Source: Dimorphilus gyrociliatus (taxonomy: Eukaryota > Animalia > Annelida). From it: 64,000 nt of DNA. The stretch covers positions 2,218,504 to 2,282,503 of the forward strand of contig CAJFCJ010000003.1 of NCBI GenBank assembly GCA_904063045.1, read 5' to 3'. Both the position numbers and the translations under genes were made by a program. This document shows positions 1 to 16,673 of this stretch, piece by piece; within the stretch, counting starts at the first letter, position 1; each line of letters begins with the position of its first letter. The notes under the pieces were generated by a model. It searched no databases. It was given only the letters and a program-made list of their open reading frames with translations, and had not been told where the DNA came from.

Positions 1-176
1 GGTCGAATTCTGCAAAAAAAATTTAAGGTACATTAATGAGATAAGAAATTTTTGAAGTTTTCGTCGTAATATTTCACTAGTACCTCGTCTGATAGCATTA
101 AAGGACCATCACACATTTTCATGTCCCTTATGGTATCTTTATTTGGCGAGTTCAGTACGTTGTTTTCAACAGTCAT
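1..176 (-). CDS. 5' end of an unidentified gene running off the left edge, divergent from SPAG6
   Basis: ATG at 176 opens 31 codons (MTVENNVLNSPNKDTIRDMKMCDGPLMLSDE), followed by a GT donor at 83, a 74-bp intron ending TTTTTTTTTGCAG at 10, and an in-phase next exon from 9. Confidence 0.5.
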
Positions 177-372
177 TGCACAACATCATGGGTATGAGCG
201 ATAAAACATGAATATATCAAATCGATACGAAGGAGAGCGAGGCCAAAAGAAAAATAGCCAAATCAGGATTATTTTTCTATGATGCTATTATTCTAAAATT
301 ATTTAATTTTCACAAAATAATTAAATAAATAATATTTAGTTTTACAAAATAAAAAATCACTGCTGGCCTGTT

Positions 373-386
373 GTTTCCAAGACAGC
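373..386. promoter_or_regulatory. RFX X-box-like element upstream of SPAG6
   Basis: GTTTCCAAGACAGC (reverse complement GCTGTC-TT-GGAAAC), 72 bp before the ATG. One mismatch to the relaxed consensus RTHNYY-WT-RRNRAC. Confidence 0.4.
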
Positions 387-458
387 AGAATTTAAACGTA
401 AACAGGCATATTAACAATTAGAAAGAGTTTGCCTTTTTTTAAAGTAAAATTTACCAAA

Positions 459-2098
459 ATGAGCCAAAGGCAGGTTTTACAAGGTAAAAATTGTTGTATG
501 TTAATTTATAAAATATTTAATGTTATATTTTTTGTACAGTTTTTGAACAATATCAAAAATCAAGAACACAATTTGTCCAAACTGTAGCCGAATTAGCCAC
601 CCGGCCTCAGAATATTGAGATTCTACAGAATGCTGGTGTTATGTCACTTCTTAGACCTCTCCTTCTTGATATTGTACCAACTATACAACAAACGGCTGCT
701 CTAGCTTTGGGAAGATTGGCCAACTATAATGACGATCTGGCTGAGGCTGTTGTCAAAGGTGATATTTTACCTCAATTGGTTTATTCTTTAGCGGAGCAAA
801 ATGTTAGTATTACTTTCGATTCCCTACTTTATAAAGTGTTAACTTATTAATGAAACTTTTAGAGATTCTATAAGAAAGCTGCCGCATTTGTACTAAGAGC
901 GGTTGCTAAGCACTCACCGGCTCTCGCCCAATCTGTAGTTGATTGCGGAGCTTTGGACGCTCTTGTTATTTGTCTTGAAGAATTTGATCCCGGAGTTAAG
1001 GAGGCAGCTGCTTGGGCTCTAGGCTACATTGCGAGACATTCGGCTGAATTGGCTCAACATGTCGTTGACGCTGGTGCCGTTCCATTGCTTGTTCTTTGCG
1101 TGCAAGAGCCAGAGATTTCCTTAAAAAGAATAGCAGCTTCTGCCCTCAGTGATATATGCAAACACTCTCCAGAATTAGCCCAAACAGTCGTTGATGCTGG
1201 GGCTATAGCACACTTAGCTCAAATGATTCTTAATCCAGATGCAAAGTTGAAAAGACAAGTATTCTCTGCTCTTAGTCAAATCGCTAAGCACTCTGTAGAC
1301 TTGGCTGAGATGGTAGTTGAGGCAGAAATTTTTCCCGCCGTTCTTACTTGTCTAAGGGATCAAGATGAATATGTAAAAAAAAATGTGGCAACTCTCATAA
1401 GAGAAATCGCAAAGCATACTCCAGAGTTGAGTCAATTGATTGTCAATGCCGGTGGAGTAGCAGCGGTTGTGGACTACGTTGGAGAAACAAGAGGAAATGT
1501 TCGTTTGCCAGGTGTAATGATGCTTGGATATGTTGCGGCGCATAGCGAAAACTTAGCAATGGCTGTAATAGTTTCAAAAGGAGTCGTGCAGTTATCCGTC
1601 TGTTTATCAGAAGAAAGTGAGGATCATGTCCAGGCGGCTTGTGCATGGGCTTTAGGGCAAATTGGAAGACACACTCCCGAACACGCAAAAGCAGTTGCCG
1701 TTGCCAACGTCCTTCCTCGTTTGTTGCGTTGCTATTTAAGACCTGATGCCTCAGAAGACCTTCAAACAAAATCTAAGAAAGCTCTTAAAAACATACTACA
1801 GAAGTGTGTCCATCTTCCTGCCCTAGAGCCACTCTTACATGACGCTCCTCCGAATATTCTTAAACACGTTGTAGGCCAATTTAGTAAAGTTTTACCTCAC
1901 GATACTAAAGCAAGAAAATTATTTGTCACATCTTGTGGTTTGAAGAAAGTTCAGGAGATAAAGGCAGAACCCGGCTCTGCTTTAGCTGAATACATTAACG
2001 CTATAAATAATTGTTATCCGGAGGAGATTGTGAAGTATTATTCACCCGGCTATTCGGATGCCCTATTAGATAGAGTTGACAAGTATCAACCTCAATAG
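459..2098 (+). CDS. SPAG6: Sperm-associated antigen 6 (PF16), armadillo-repeat axonemal central-pair protein, 507 aa
   Basis: Exons 459-483, 540-802 and 863-2098 with GT-AG introns of 56 and 60 bp. N-terminus MSQRQVLQVFEQYQKSRTQFVQTVAELATRPQN, ARM repeats, C-terminus YYSPGYSDALLDRV. Confidence 0.97.
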
Positions 2099-2475
2099 GA
2101 AGTAACAATTACTTCCGTTATACAACATCTTTCTCCGACTATATCACTTAAATTATCTACTAAAAGAAAACTTAAAACGTAATTTATAGAGTGAAGAAAA
2201 AGAAAAGTAACTCTATTTTATTTGGAAAGTTTGCTTTTCTATTCTGTCATTACGGATGATATATATATATAAATATATATACTAATATATTAGCAAAACA
2301 TCTCTACGCCATTTATTCGTCTATTTTATTTTATAAAACTATAAATAAAGATATGATTTTTCATTCAATATAATAATTATCTTAATATGAAATTAAAAAC
2401 CTACAAAGAGAATAATATCTAATCTTTCTATGCATTCGGCAAGAGAACGATATTAACCTATTAATCTGTTTGAAT

Positions 2476-2489
2476 ATTACCGTAGAAAC
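2476..2489. promoter_or_regulatory. RFX X-box-like element upstream of TMEM145
   Basis: ATTACC-GT-AGAAAC, 62 bp before ATG 2552. One mismatch to the relaxed X-box consensus. Confidence 0.4.
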
Positions 2490-2551
2490 GGTCACGTGGG
2501 TATTTAGATTTCTTTTGCAGTCTCAGTGAAATTAGAGGGTGATTGTACAAA

Positions 2552-5822
<3,271 letters not shown>

Positions 5823-6740
5823 CCATATTTTCTTCTATGTAAAATTATATTAAATCAATTATAAAAAATGCAATTTCTAGTAGGAAAGCTTAAATGGAAA
5901 AGAGCAAAATACTTTGCCATATTATTAAATTATCACTATTACTATCAAATGTTAAGTTACAGAGTTGTCTTGTTTCTAAAAAGGAAGCTAAAATATTTAT
6001 GAATACTTAAAAAAAATATCGTATCAAATTAACTATGTTCTATTTCTTGTCCTTTTAAAATTGTTATATCAGTTGAAATAAGAAAATATCAAATAAATGT
6101 CACTTTTATCTTACAATTTGTATCATTTGACTAAAGAAAAGTGTTCGCTTTGAGTAAATAGGTAATTTACCTATGGCCTTTGTGAGAGAAAAATAGCATG
6201 ACATATTGTATATCTATCGTCTTCATATATTCGAAAGTTACTGGTAATGACTCTTCGTTAGTACTTCTAAAGATTTGCATAAAGCAAACTGTATCAATGA
6301 AATGTATTAAACTAGTGCAAAAAAAATAGTTAATTATTTGATTAGCAATCTAATATTTTTAAATTATAGCCCTGACTTCTGTTAGCCATATCTCTTTTTT
6401 AACTTGGCTTTGTTCAACGTTAAATTAGGCATCAAAACTATTCTATTTCCATGCCCTTCAAGTAATTACTAAAATTGATAAACGAACATTATTTTGCTTT
6501 GTTGTATTGATAGTCATTATTTTAGGCTCTTAGTATATTATAGTTTCTGAACCTCATTGTTTTTTCTTCTGTTTAAGTGCTATGCAAGGAATAACTTTGT
6601 CTAGCACCGGAAGTTACGTCATAAATTTTCAGTTCTTTTCCAAAATGTTTACTCTTAAAAAATGCTTATTTTTAATAAGTGTTAACGAACCAAGAAAAAA
6701 ACGGATTTACGAAAGATATATTTATACGAAAATAACAAGT

Positions 6741-6754
6741 TTTGTCATAGCAAC
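6741..6754. promoter_or_regulatory. RFX X-box-like element upstream of PACRG
   Basis: TTTGTC-AT-AGCAAC, 59 bp before the putative ATG 6814. The AGCAAC half-site is perfect. Confidence 0.45.
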
Positions 6755-6813
6755 GTCAACAAGCAATGCCCTCATCTCTATAGAAGCAAACGTTTCAGGA
6801 AAGATAGTAAAAA

Positions 6814-7856
6814 ATGGCAGCGAAGGCTCAGAAATGCCCCCATTCTGATGCCTTTACGGTAATTTCTGGTAAAAAATCAGTAAGTTGTCCTTAATAACAG
6901 TATTTAGGAATTAAAAGAGGAAAAATACAGAAAAGTTAGATAATTTTCATGTTGTCGGCGTGCCTACGCTTTCTTGAAATAAACAGAAAGTTATCAATTC
7001 TTCCTGTCAATATGAGACGTTGCATTAGAACTAATTATGATTATGATATATAGTTCTACTATATACATTATTTATTTTAATTAATTGTTTCAGCCTAGCG
7101 CTCCACCAACAACCGGAGCTTTTAAGAGGAGTAAAGCGAATCCATCAAACTTTCGAAAGTTTTACGAAAGAGGAGATTTTCCAATAGGCTTGGAACATGA
7201 TACCAAGGGCAATAAAATTGCGTGGAAAGTAGAAATTGAGAAATTAGACTATCATCACTATCTACCACTTTTCTTTGATGGCCTAAGCGAAATAACCCAT
7301 CCTTATGAATTCTTTGCAAGGCAAGGTGTTCATGATATGCTGGAACATGGTGGTAGTAAAATTCTACCCGTCATTCCTCAATTAATTATACCTGTCAAAA
7401 GTAAGCTATATTTTACTTTACGTTTTTTCTCTTCGCGTATCAATATGTGAGTAGACCTCAATTAATATAAATTTTTTCATTAGACGCCCTCAGCACGAAG
7501 GATACTCAGGTTATGTGTACAACGCTGAAAATTCTACAACATCTAGTTGTTTCTGCTGATATGATTGGTGAAGCTCTCGTCCCATACTATCGCCAAATTT
7601 TACCAGTGTTAAATTTTTTCAAGAACAAAAATTGTAAGATTGTAATAGTAAACTTGATTAGAGTTTAGTAATTTCTGAGTACATTCTTTATACAGTGAAC
7701 GTTGGAGACAAAATCGATTACAGCCAGCAGAAGAGAGAAAATTTGGGTGACTTGATTCAGGAAACATTAGAAGCATTTGAGCGTCATGGCGGAGAAGATG
7801 CTTTCATTAACATCAAGTATATGATTCCCACTTATGAATCGGTCATGTTAAATTAA
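6814..7856 (+). CDS. PACRG: Parkin co-regulated gene protein (axonemal inner junction)
   Basis: Exons 7094-7400, 7484-7633 and 7696-7856 encode [45 protein letters not shown]. The first exon 6814-6858 ([15 protein letters not shown]) is tentative. Confidence 0.95.
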
Positions 7857-8672
7857 TCTGGTTTGCAAGCTATACTACTCGAATCCAAGAACGAATTTAT
7901 CAGATATTGAACAATAAAAATATTGATACTTGGTAGTCTATGCTGTAAATGTGTTTTGTTTCGCAGAATATCGTATATTATCAATTACAACTTAAAGTAT
8001 AATTTAGCAAATAAAACACCTATATTTTAATATTTTTTCTCTTGAGCCATGACTTTTATAAGTTAAAAACAGAGCAAACACCGTATAAGACATTCACTAG
8101 TCATATATTTTACATAAATCTTTAACAAATATTTAGTTATCAAACGTGTTCGATATTTTTCTACGCTTTTGCTTTTCCAATATTTTTTACAAATAAGAAT
8201 ATTGAAACGCTCGATTAACGTTCGTTTGTATGACATTTTATGCACATGATATCTATTTCCCTGATCTAATAATAAGTTTAATAAATTAGACGGAAAATAA
8301 TAATGTAGCAAACAGCTTTTGATATACAAAACAGACAGAACAGTAAAGTTATTTAATCTTCTTACTTTCATTTTCCAACTCGATATTACTGAATGGTTTG
8401 GTGTTACGTTGACTTTAATATTCTTTTTAAAAAATTGGTTATTCTATCTTACAACGACTTAGTTGACAAAAGATACAGTTAAGAGTATTATGTTTTTGTT
8501 AAATATGATGAAAAAAATATATAGATATTCAGAGTATAAAATCTCTGTTGCTATAGGAAAGTCATGAATAAAAGAAAAAAAAGTAAACGTAATACAAAAG
8601 TTTTACTTTTTAAAATTTCATGATAAGAATAAAAGACGTGTTTTCTTGCTTTGATTGCTAAATAGATCTATT

Positions 8673-11600
8673 TTATACAATTTCAATGGGAACAAATGCA
8701 GTAATTTCATCACTCAATGGTACGGATAACATTTTACCCGCTGGAAAGTCATGCACTTTCAAAAGATGTAAATTACCTTCTTCGAAAGAATTTTCCTTAA
8801 ATTTTATCTTTTCAGTCTCAATTTTAAATATATTTTCATCCTCCAAATCAGACTCCTTCAACTCCGCTTTCATAGAATTATCTCCAGGCGCAGAATTATT
8901 TGGATCCTTTATAATTTGAATAACAAAAGCATTACCAACAACAAAAAACTTTGCCAAAGGGACATAACATTCGTAATTTGTTTTCCTTCTGCCAGACCTT
9001 TTAAACTTTCTTAGCTGAGTTTTATTCATGTTAAAATGAAATTCTTGTTCAGGCCATTCAGATACTGGAATATCTCCTTTAGAATTTTTAGCAACTCGCA
9101 TCCTCTCGCCGTCAATAATTTCGCTAGTTTTTATAAATTTTTGAACGTATGATTCATCTAAAAGTTATAAGTAAAAACATAAATAAATAACAATATATAA
9201 AAAAATTCAAAAATATATAATATATAATTTAAATATAAATATAGGTTACAATTACCTATGTTATTATTAACATTTAATGAAGATTTCTTCTTCGATACAG
9301 CGTTTTCATAATCATCTTCATTCTCATCTTCATCGCTGATATCTTGTTCAGATTGACTTGCTTCTCCTTTTTTGCATGTATTACTTTTCTTAAAAAGAGG
9401 TTGCTCTTCATCAAAACTTGATTCTTTACTTAATTTTCTACGACGTTTCCTTGCTGCGTTTTTATAAGCGTACATTTGCTTTTGTTCAACGCCAAGTAAC
9501 TTTAAAACGTCAACATTTTTCCTTTTCTTAGGCCTAACCCATTTAGATTTATAGCTATTTGATGAAAGCGAAAGAAAAGTAGAAAATTATAGGTAAAATA
9601 CTATGTAAAATATAAAAAAAGGAGATATATAACCTTTTAGACGTTCCCTTGGACCGCCTTTTTTGTTTCAAATTATCAACTTTCTCAACTGTCTCTTCTT
9701 GTTCTCGTTCTCCGTCACCGATATCTTCTTTATCATCTTCAACGGTTTCGCTTGTTGTTTTTTCTCTTTGTATTTCGTGCAGAATATCTCCAACGCTAAA
9801 CTGTTCTAAAAGTCTAGGCCATGTAAAAGTTGTTAATATTCTTTTTCTTAGTAATTTATATTCGTCGGTTTGCTTGTATTCATAAGCCATAGCGTTTAGT
9901 CTATGCATTAAAATTGAGCTCATTTCATTTTGCCGCTTTTCAATCTCCATTGCCAATTGTATTACATGAGGTTTATAGCTTTTACAAAGACTCATAGAAC
10001 CTAACACGTTATCCCATTTGAAAGTAACTGGTGAACCTGCTGGAAGTCGATATTCAACTAATGGAAGCGCTCGCAAGACTCTGTCATAGCCTCTCATCGT
10101 CGTAGTAGTTGGGTATAGTGGAGTAATATCAGAGTATTCCTTATCAATATATATTTGAGCTGGTAACGGTAAATCAGCGCTAGGTAAGCGTTTCTGTGCG
10201 TTAGCTCGTGTTGTTATAGATATGACATCCTGAACGTTATGTTGTATCGTTCGAGCGAATAAAGAGTCATTCATATGTTTTATCTTTAAAAATACAAAAT
10301 AAGGAAAGTGATAAATTATTTACTTCAACTATTCAAAATAGATTATAATGGGAACCTTCAATTTATTCAAATCATGTTCCAAAATATTGTGCTCACTCAT
10401 AATTTCCTCTGATCGGTCGCACAATCTATCAATGTCAATCTCAAAAAGCTAATAAGAATAAAATAATACTTCATTTATTTTTGGCTTATACTATAATTAT
10501 AGAAAATATTATACTTCTCCTAATTCACTCATAATGTTATCATGAGTTTTGACGTTTAAAGATTCAATTGATCGAAAACAATCTTTGGTAGATTTTGGAA
10601 CTTTAGTCCTCTTTTGCAAAGTTCTAATTATAACGTCTAATTGTTCATGTGTAAAATCCTCCGGAGAATCGATAGCACCTAATGAAATAGTGTTTTATCT
10701 TTGTATTGAAAGTATTTCTATTTAAAAATTCTAAATTTTTAAAAACCTTGTTTAAGAAACTCTCTGCTTTCCTTTTGTAAATGGTAACATCTTCGTTTAG
10801 TTCCTTTAGCATCTGATTTTAGTTCATACTCTGTAACCTGAGCTAAACTAATTAGATCTTTAACTTTTGTAATTCGACCAAAATTTCGCATTCTCGTCAT
10901 CAAAATGGCTTGCTAAAATAAAAAGTAATACAATAGCATTTTGTTTGTAATCTACATTATCTACCAATTTTTGAGAGCGCTTCTTCTCATTTACAGCACT
11001 ACGTTCTTGTATATATCTTAGACGTCTAGCCTTTGCTTTTACGCCTTTCGATAATGACTTAAATACCAGGCTCTTAAGTTGTCTTTCATTTTCAGTCGAT
11101 CTTATGACCTCCAGATCAATTTTCGCTTTTCTTAACTGCATAGAAACTAGAGGTTTTGGCGGTGACACACCTAAATAGAATATGCAAGTATTATTTTATA
11201 TTCTAGAATTAAAGATATACGGTATTCTAACCCATTTCTATATTTTTTACTAGTTCTCTAGCACTCTCTCTAATCTCCTCAACTTTAATTCTATGCATGT
11301 TTTCATCTATTTTATGAGCTTCTTCATCTTCGTATAAAAGCATTAAACCCTGTAAATTTAATAAGATATATGAAGAAATAACCTGGAGAGCAGCTTTTTT
11401 TTAAATTACTTGAACAATATCATTTAATTCTGGATTCTTGATCTTTTTCAATTCAGCCAAATTTTCCGCATTTAAAGCTCTATCAATAGTATTTTTTGTC
11501 GTTTCATTAAAATCTTTTATTCTTGCTTGAGCTTCCTTTATAAAAAGAAAATTCAATTTTATAAAAATATTATATATAAAATATATACTGTATATAGTAT

Positions 11601-13838
11601 ATGAGTATATTAAATTTATATATATACATGTATATCATAAGGTATAAATATGAACTACTATGAAAGAAGATACGAACTTTAACTAAATAAGATTTCTTCA
11701 TTGATCTTAAATTTTCTTTGAAACTTTGCAAGTCCATTTCGTGTAGGAATTTTTCAGAAGCCGTTATAAGTAAACTTAGTTCAGAATCCTTTTTAAACAA
11801 TAAATAAATTACTGAATAGAAAATAAAGCTACTAGCAATAATAATGCTTTTACATTCATTCTAGCCATAATATACGCATCTTCTTTCCATTTAGACAAGG
11901 ATTGGTATCTTTGAAACAACATTTTACTTGTTCTTCCAGAGAAAGCTTTTGCCATATCAACCCATCGAACTAAATTACGAATTAAAACAATCATTAAGTT
12001 AAAGTATATGTCATATATAATTGATTTTTACCATTAGCACCCTCTTTTAATTGCATTATTGTTAAATCTTCTTCCGTCGTCCAATTACCGAATATCAAAG
12101 TTTCATCCAAGTTATCCTCATATCTAAAGAGGAAAAAAGAAAAAAAATGATATATTTTTTGTGATTCTCTTGATTCTATTATAGTTTTAAATACTAACTT
12201 TTGTCTACAAGACAAGGCAGATCTGGTTGTTATAATTCGTGATGCTTTGACATAATCAGCACCAAAAGTTTCAATTGATAAACGTAATAACTATTGAAAA
12301 GAAAGTTTAATTTTAAAAAATTGCCTGCTACTTTAGTTTATTTAAAAATTTTACATCTTCCTCGCCTTCAGTCCAAGGACCTAACATATAGCCCTTTAAT
12401 TTCGACTTATAAATTCGAACACAAGAATCAGGAGTAATATCCCCTAACTTTTCAGATACTAGAAAAACATTGTAAATAATATTTAGGTTTAAAATAATAT
12501 TAGTAAAACATAAACATAAAATATTAAATAATAATTATTACCTTTATACCAGTTGATAAATTGGTTGTTTGTATATTCGGCCACAATATTTCTAAACTCT
12601 TCAAGCGAAAGTCTATTAACCTTTCTATTTTTCAATGAAAATAAAGATAAGTTAACAAAACTCAATTTAATCATAGATAATTACGGTTCATCAAGTTCTG
12701 GCCATCTTTTGACTGCAGCTAAATAGCCTCTTAAGCATTCAAAAACACTTCTATTTTCCTTTTAAAAAAATAAAAATATAAGCTTTCATATCATTAACAT
12801 CATTATTATATTTAATTCAAACCCCCATCTCTTTTGCAATGGTATTCCAATTAGTTCCTTTTTCAACTAAGCCAATAAGTTTTTTCAAGCTATCAGTAGA
12901 GAAATTTCCTCCGGACAACGAAGGATGCAGAACCATAGACCACATTAATCTACAATTTTCTTCTGAATGTATACCCTTAAAATCTGTAACCGATATTTTA
13001 AGCCAGTCAATTTCGTGTGATTGGTCAGGAGGTTCTAAAAGTTCTTCATCGGATAGTGTAGGTATTTTTGCCATCTCAGCTTTAATTTTATCAATTTCCT
13101 CTTCATACTTTTTCTTTTGTGATTCAGGTAACTTATCATTATCCAATTTCTCGTTTAGCAGCTCAAGTCTATTTTTAGTGGTATAAGAGATTTAGACCGT
13201 TATTACATATTATTTCATAGTGAAAACTATTAAAATAAACCTGTTTCGAAATGGTTGGCATTTACGATAAATAGTGTCTTCCCTTACTGCTTTTTCAATA
13301 ATTTCCACATCATCTCTAAACCATTTTTTTCTATTTCTAACTGATGGATCAAAAGCTCGATACTTTTTAAGAAACTTTGAATCGTTTGTTTCTGGATAAG
13401 CCTGAATGTCAATATATATTATAATTTACATTAATTATTTTCTATTTATTGTCATACGAAGCCATTCTCATCTTGTATATAGGGTTTTTGAATAATATCA
13501 AAAATTTGAATTCCTTTTTCTGGTTCCTCAGGTTTTCCCCTGTTTAAATCTTCTTCAATTTCTCGTTGCTGACCGCGATTCCTTGATAAAGCTATTTCGA
13601 ATTTTCTTCTTAGTTCAACTAAATTGGCCTGGCATTGTTGGTTTAATGCCAATGTCTGCACGAGGGGAGAGTTGTACTCGTCCGGTTCACTACTAATATT
13701 TGCTGACGACTACAAATAAAATGTGAACATTTGAATAATGTAAATCCGTATGTATACCTTAGAATATCCAAAATCCGATAAGCTTTGAAGTTCATATTGC
13801 ACTAGCTCCTCGTCATCACTGCTTTCAGAATCGGTCAT
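8673..13838 (-). CDS. SNAPC4: snRNA-activating protein complex subunit 4 (SNAP190), Myb-repeat protein, about 20 exons
   Basis: ATG 13838 (MTDSESSDDEEL), LALNQQCQANLVELRRKFEIALSRNRGQQREI coiled coil, EIDWLKIS, and Myb-like repeats (NWNTIAKEMG..RSVFEC; GPWTEGEED..TRSALSCRQK; GNWTTEED..RWVDMAKAFSGRTSKMLFQRY). In-phase GT-AG junctions link the ORF-track fragments down to the stop at 8673. Confidence 0.85.
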
Positions 13839-13849
13839 GATAAGGGTCT

Positions 13850-13857
13850 GCGCGAAA
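13850..13857 (-). promoter_or_regulatory. E2F-type site next to the SNAPC4 start
   Basis: GCGCGAAA (TTTCGCGC on the minus strand), 11 bp from the ATG. Confidence 0.35.
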
Positions 13858-14275
13858 ATAGAAACACCTGTTGTTAGTTCATAGGAATCCCAAAATAAAG
13901 TTTATGAAAATAGAATTAAGCAAACTATATATATGTTTTTACCTATATTAGGATATTTTAAAGACTATCATAAGAGTTTGTGTTGATTATTTCAATACTA
14001 AAGATTCATAACAGAAACAAAATCGACAACCAAACGAAATCTTTTCCAAACTAATGGTGTCCTAGTTTGAAATATAAATTCCCTGTAAGTATCTGGCTCA
14101 AAGTACTAAGATGAGAGTTGAGCATAAATATACAATGAATAAATTAACAACAGTTCTTGCTTTAAGGAAATTAGAAATTTCTTTTTCACAGGAAACTCTC
14201 AAAGGAAACAGAATACAAGTCATGTGATCTCTATTTAGTATATGTTTCACCGTTGCTCAATGTTCTAAACATTTT

Positions 14276-15267
14276 ATGAAACCGACTACAAATATGGAAG
14301 AGGTAGTAAATATAAAAATTAAGACGCCTATTTACGAATATGCACTATAAAATTTCCAATATAGTCTTATAATAGTAAAATCATTGATGGAGAGGCGTCT
14401 GAATCAGATGAAGAAGAGATAGAGCAGGAAAGTTTTTCTACATTAGATTCTATATCTCCTTTACAAGGTGAGATATGATTGCTTTAACATAATTAATTAT
14501 CCCGTAATGTTATGATAATGCGAATAAACGCTAGAGTTTATTAGCTTTTTTATCATATTTTGTATGCAGAAGATGAAGGCTGTCTGTAAACATTCCAATT
14601 TATAGAATATCTTTGAAGTTGTCAAATTTATCTCCCCTTTTCTTATATTTATTCTTATATTTCCAGGAAAATATAATTTACTTAGGGATATATTTGTTAT
14701 ATTCTATAAAAAATTTACATTTTGATTTCAAGTATATAACTACTAACGTCACTAATGTATTCTATCTTATCGAACGCTTAACAGTTTCGCCCAGTCCTCA
14801 GGCGCTGACAAAAGTCACTTTGACACCCAAATACAATAGGTAAGTTGACCTTTGACAGATATATGAATTATATAATTGAAATCATTATTTATTTCAGTTT
14901 ACTTCAAAGAAAACTATGTAAGAAGCAAAAATAACTAATTTTTTATTTTTATTTACGTAATTAATTATGTATTTTAACCTTAGTTGAAAAAAATATGAAA
15001 TTGAGATCAGATATTGTATCTTATAAATGTGAAAGTTTCATAAAATCTGCCGATAGAATAAAGAATCTTAATGATCAAATCAAGTTAACATATGTGAAAT
15101 TGCAGGTAAATATTTATCAGTCATTCTCCTTTGTTTATTTGTAAAATCTAGCTTTTAATTGTTATCAGGAAACCTCCCAGAAAATGAGATTATCTTTAAA
15201 TGATCTTTTGAATACCGAAGACCAGATTAAAGAATGCTCAGATACGAACTTTGGGAACTTTAAATAA
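14276..15267 (+). CDS. BLOC1S3: BLOC-1 subunit 3-like protein (6 exons, absent from the ORF track)
   Basis: Spliced peptide KIIDGEASESDEEE .. PKYNSLLQRKL-FEKNMKLRSDI .. ETSQKMRLSLNDLLNTEDQI matches the BLOS3 GEAxExD motif and C-terminal coiled coil. Start at 14276 or 14294. Confidence 0.75.
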
Positions 15268-15423
15268 ACTTTATATTTTTCCTAAATTGTACAAACTATT
15301 ACAATAATGAAATATATTTATTTATTGTCACATGACTTCTTCCTAGTTTGGCACTTGCGGAATATTCATGGATTGTTAATAAAATGGATATCTGCAATTG
15401 CTAATCAAGGTGGTAGTTATTAT

Positions 15424-16096
15424 TCAACTTTTGAGATAATAGTCGAAAGATTTTCCCTTATTGTCTTTAACATCTTTCAACTCGGGACAAACTGACAGTA
15501 GATAATCAATAATGTCTTTATGTTGATTTTCGGCAGCCTAAATATAAAGTAATATAGAATTTATTAATATGATATAGATCAACGATTTTGTATAGTAGAT
15601 ATACAGATTACAAGTATATAAGACTGTTTGAAGTCTTTCTTGTATATACCTTATGTAAAGCCGTTTTTCCATCGCTATCTATAGCTTTTATTTCAGCCGT
15701 ATTTTTAATTAGTAATTCTACAATAGACTTTTTTCCGGTAGAGCTTGCTCTGTGTAAGCTGGTCGAGTTACCGCTTCTTGTGGTAGCATTTACAAAGGCT
15801 CCATGCTTTAACAATAAACTGCAGACATCTTCATGACCATTTCTACTGGCGTAATGCTTTAAAAAGAAAGAAGGGATTTAATTAAATTATAATATATAAT
15901 GACAAAGTGTTACCAAGGCTGTGTATCCTGATTGATCCGGCCTATTTACATCAACGCCCTTTGATATAAATTTTTTTACTTCATTATAGTCACCAGACAC
16001 GGCAGGTTCCCAAATACCCCTTTCAAATTCCATCTCAGCTATTGATTGTTGTACAGATGAACTATACTGAGCAGAACATTGATGATTATGATCCAT
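15424..16096 (-). CDS. ANKRD39: Ankyrin repeat domain-containing protein 39
   Basis: SVQQSIAEMEFERGIW, DQSGYTAL|HYASRNGHEDVC, TSLHRAS, DSDGKTALHK|AAE. Three exons. Confidence 0.92.
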
Positions 16097-16576
16097 TTTT
16101 CTTTAATTTCTCTTCTTCTTTTATAAATCCTTGGCACACTTTGGATAGTCTTCCAAATTTATCACAGCACTTTCTCATCGACTCTAAGACGCTTTTGCAC
16201 TTAGATTCGTTGTATTTACTTGCTAATAAAAAAAAGAAATAAGAAAGTATTATTTTGGTCAGTTTATTTTCATTATAAAAAGATCATTAATGAAAATAGC
16301 AACAAATGCACTTTTTTTCGTCTTCGTGTTTTTATATTTGCTATAAAGGAATTTTCTTTCAGCTTTATTTTTTGCTTGTCGCCATATGATGTATAACTTT
16401 TTTTGTTAATAGTGTATTGAAAGGAGAAGATATAATTTGTATATTTTAGCAGATGCTTTATTGTCTAGAAAATACCTTGCAAGCAAATTTGTATGTCACA
16501 CGCCCTTGTTTGACACGGATCTTTAGAAGGATTCATCCACTCCTATGAACAGTATATTTTCGCTCTAAATAATAAA

Positions 16577-16673
16577 CCCAGGTGGCGACACTGTTGATGT
16601 TTCATATAAACAGTGAACTATGTTTCATTTTCTGGAATATCGTATCTTTGATTGTTACGTCGTAAGAGGGCAG
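16577..16673 (+). promoter_or_regulatory. Two CTCF-like cores between ANKRD39 and CEP85
   Basis: CCCAGGTGGCG (16577-16587) and AGAGGGCAG (16665-16673) against the CTCF consensus CCASYAGRKGGCRS. Confidence 0.3.

Noticed and set aside
1352-1769. Alternative-frame ORFs inside SPAG6 (similar cases within CLCN7, CS, MAN2C1, SNAPC4, CEP85 and at 28008-28376)
   Set aside because: They are shadow frames of real coding exons, with no independent motifs or splice context.
6582-6848. 88-aa ORF upstream of PACRG
   Set aside because: It spans the promoter and 5' UTR in a different frame from the PACRG first exon, with AT-driven composition.
14258-14275. CSKHF, resembling a THAP-domain motif
   Set aside because: No upstream CxxC or downstream AVP in frame. 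It lies in the BLOC1S3 5' region.
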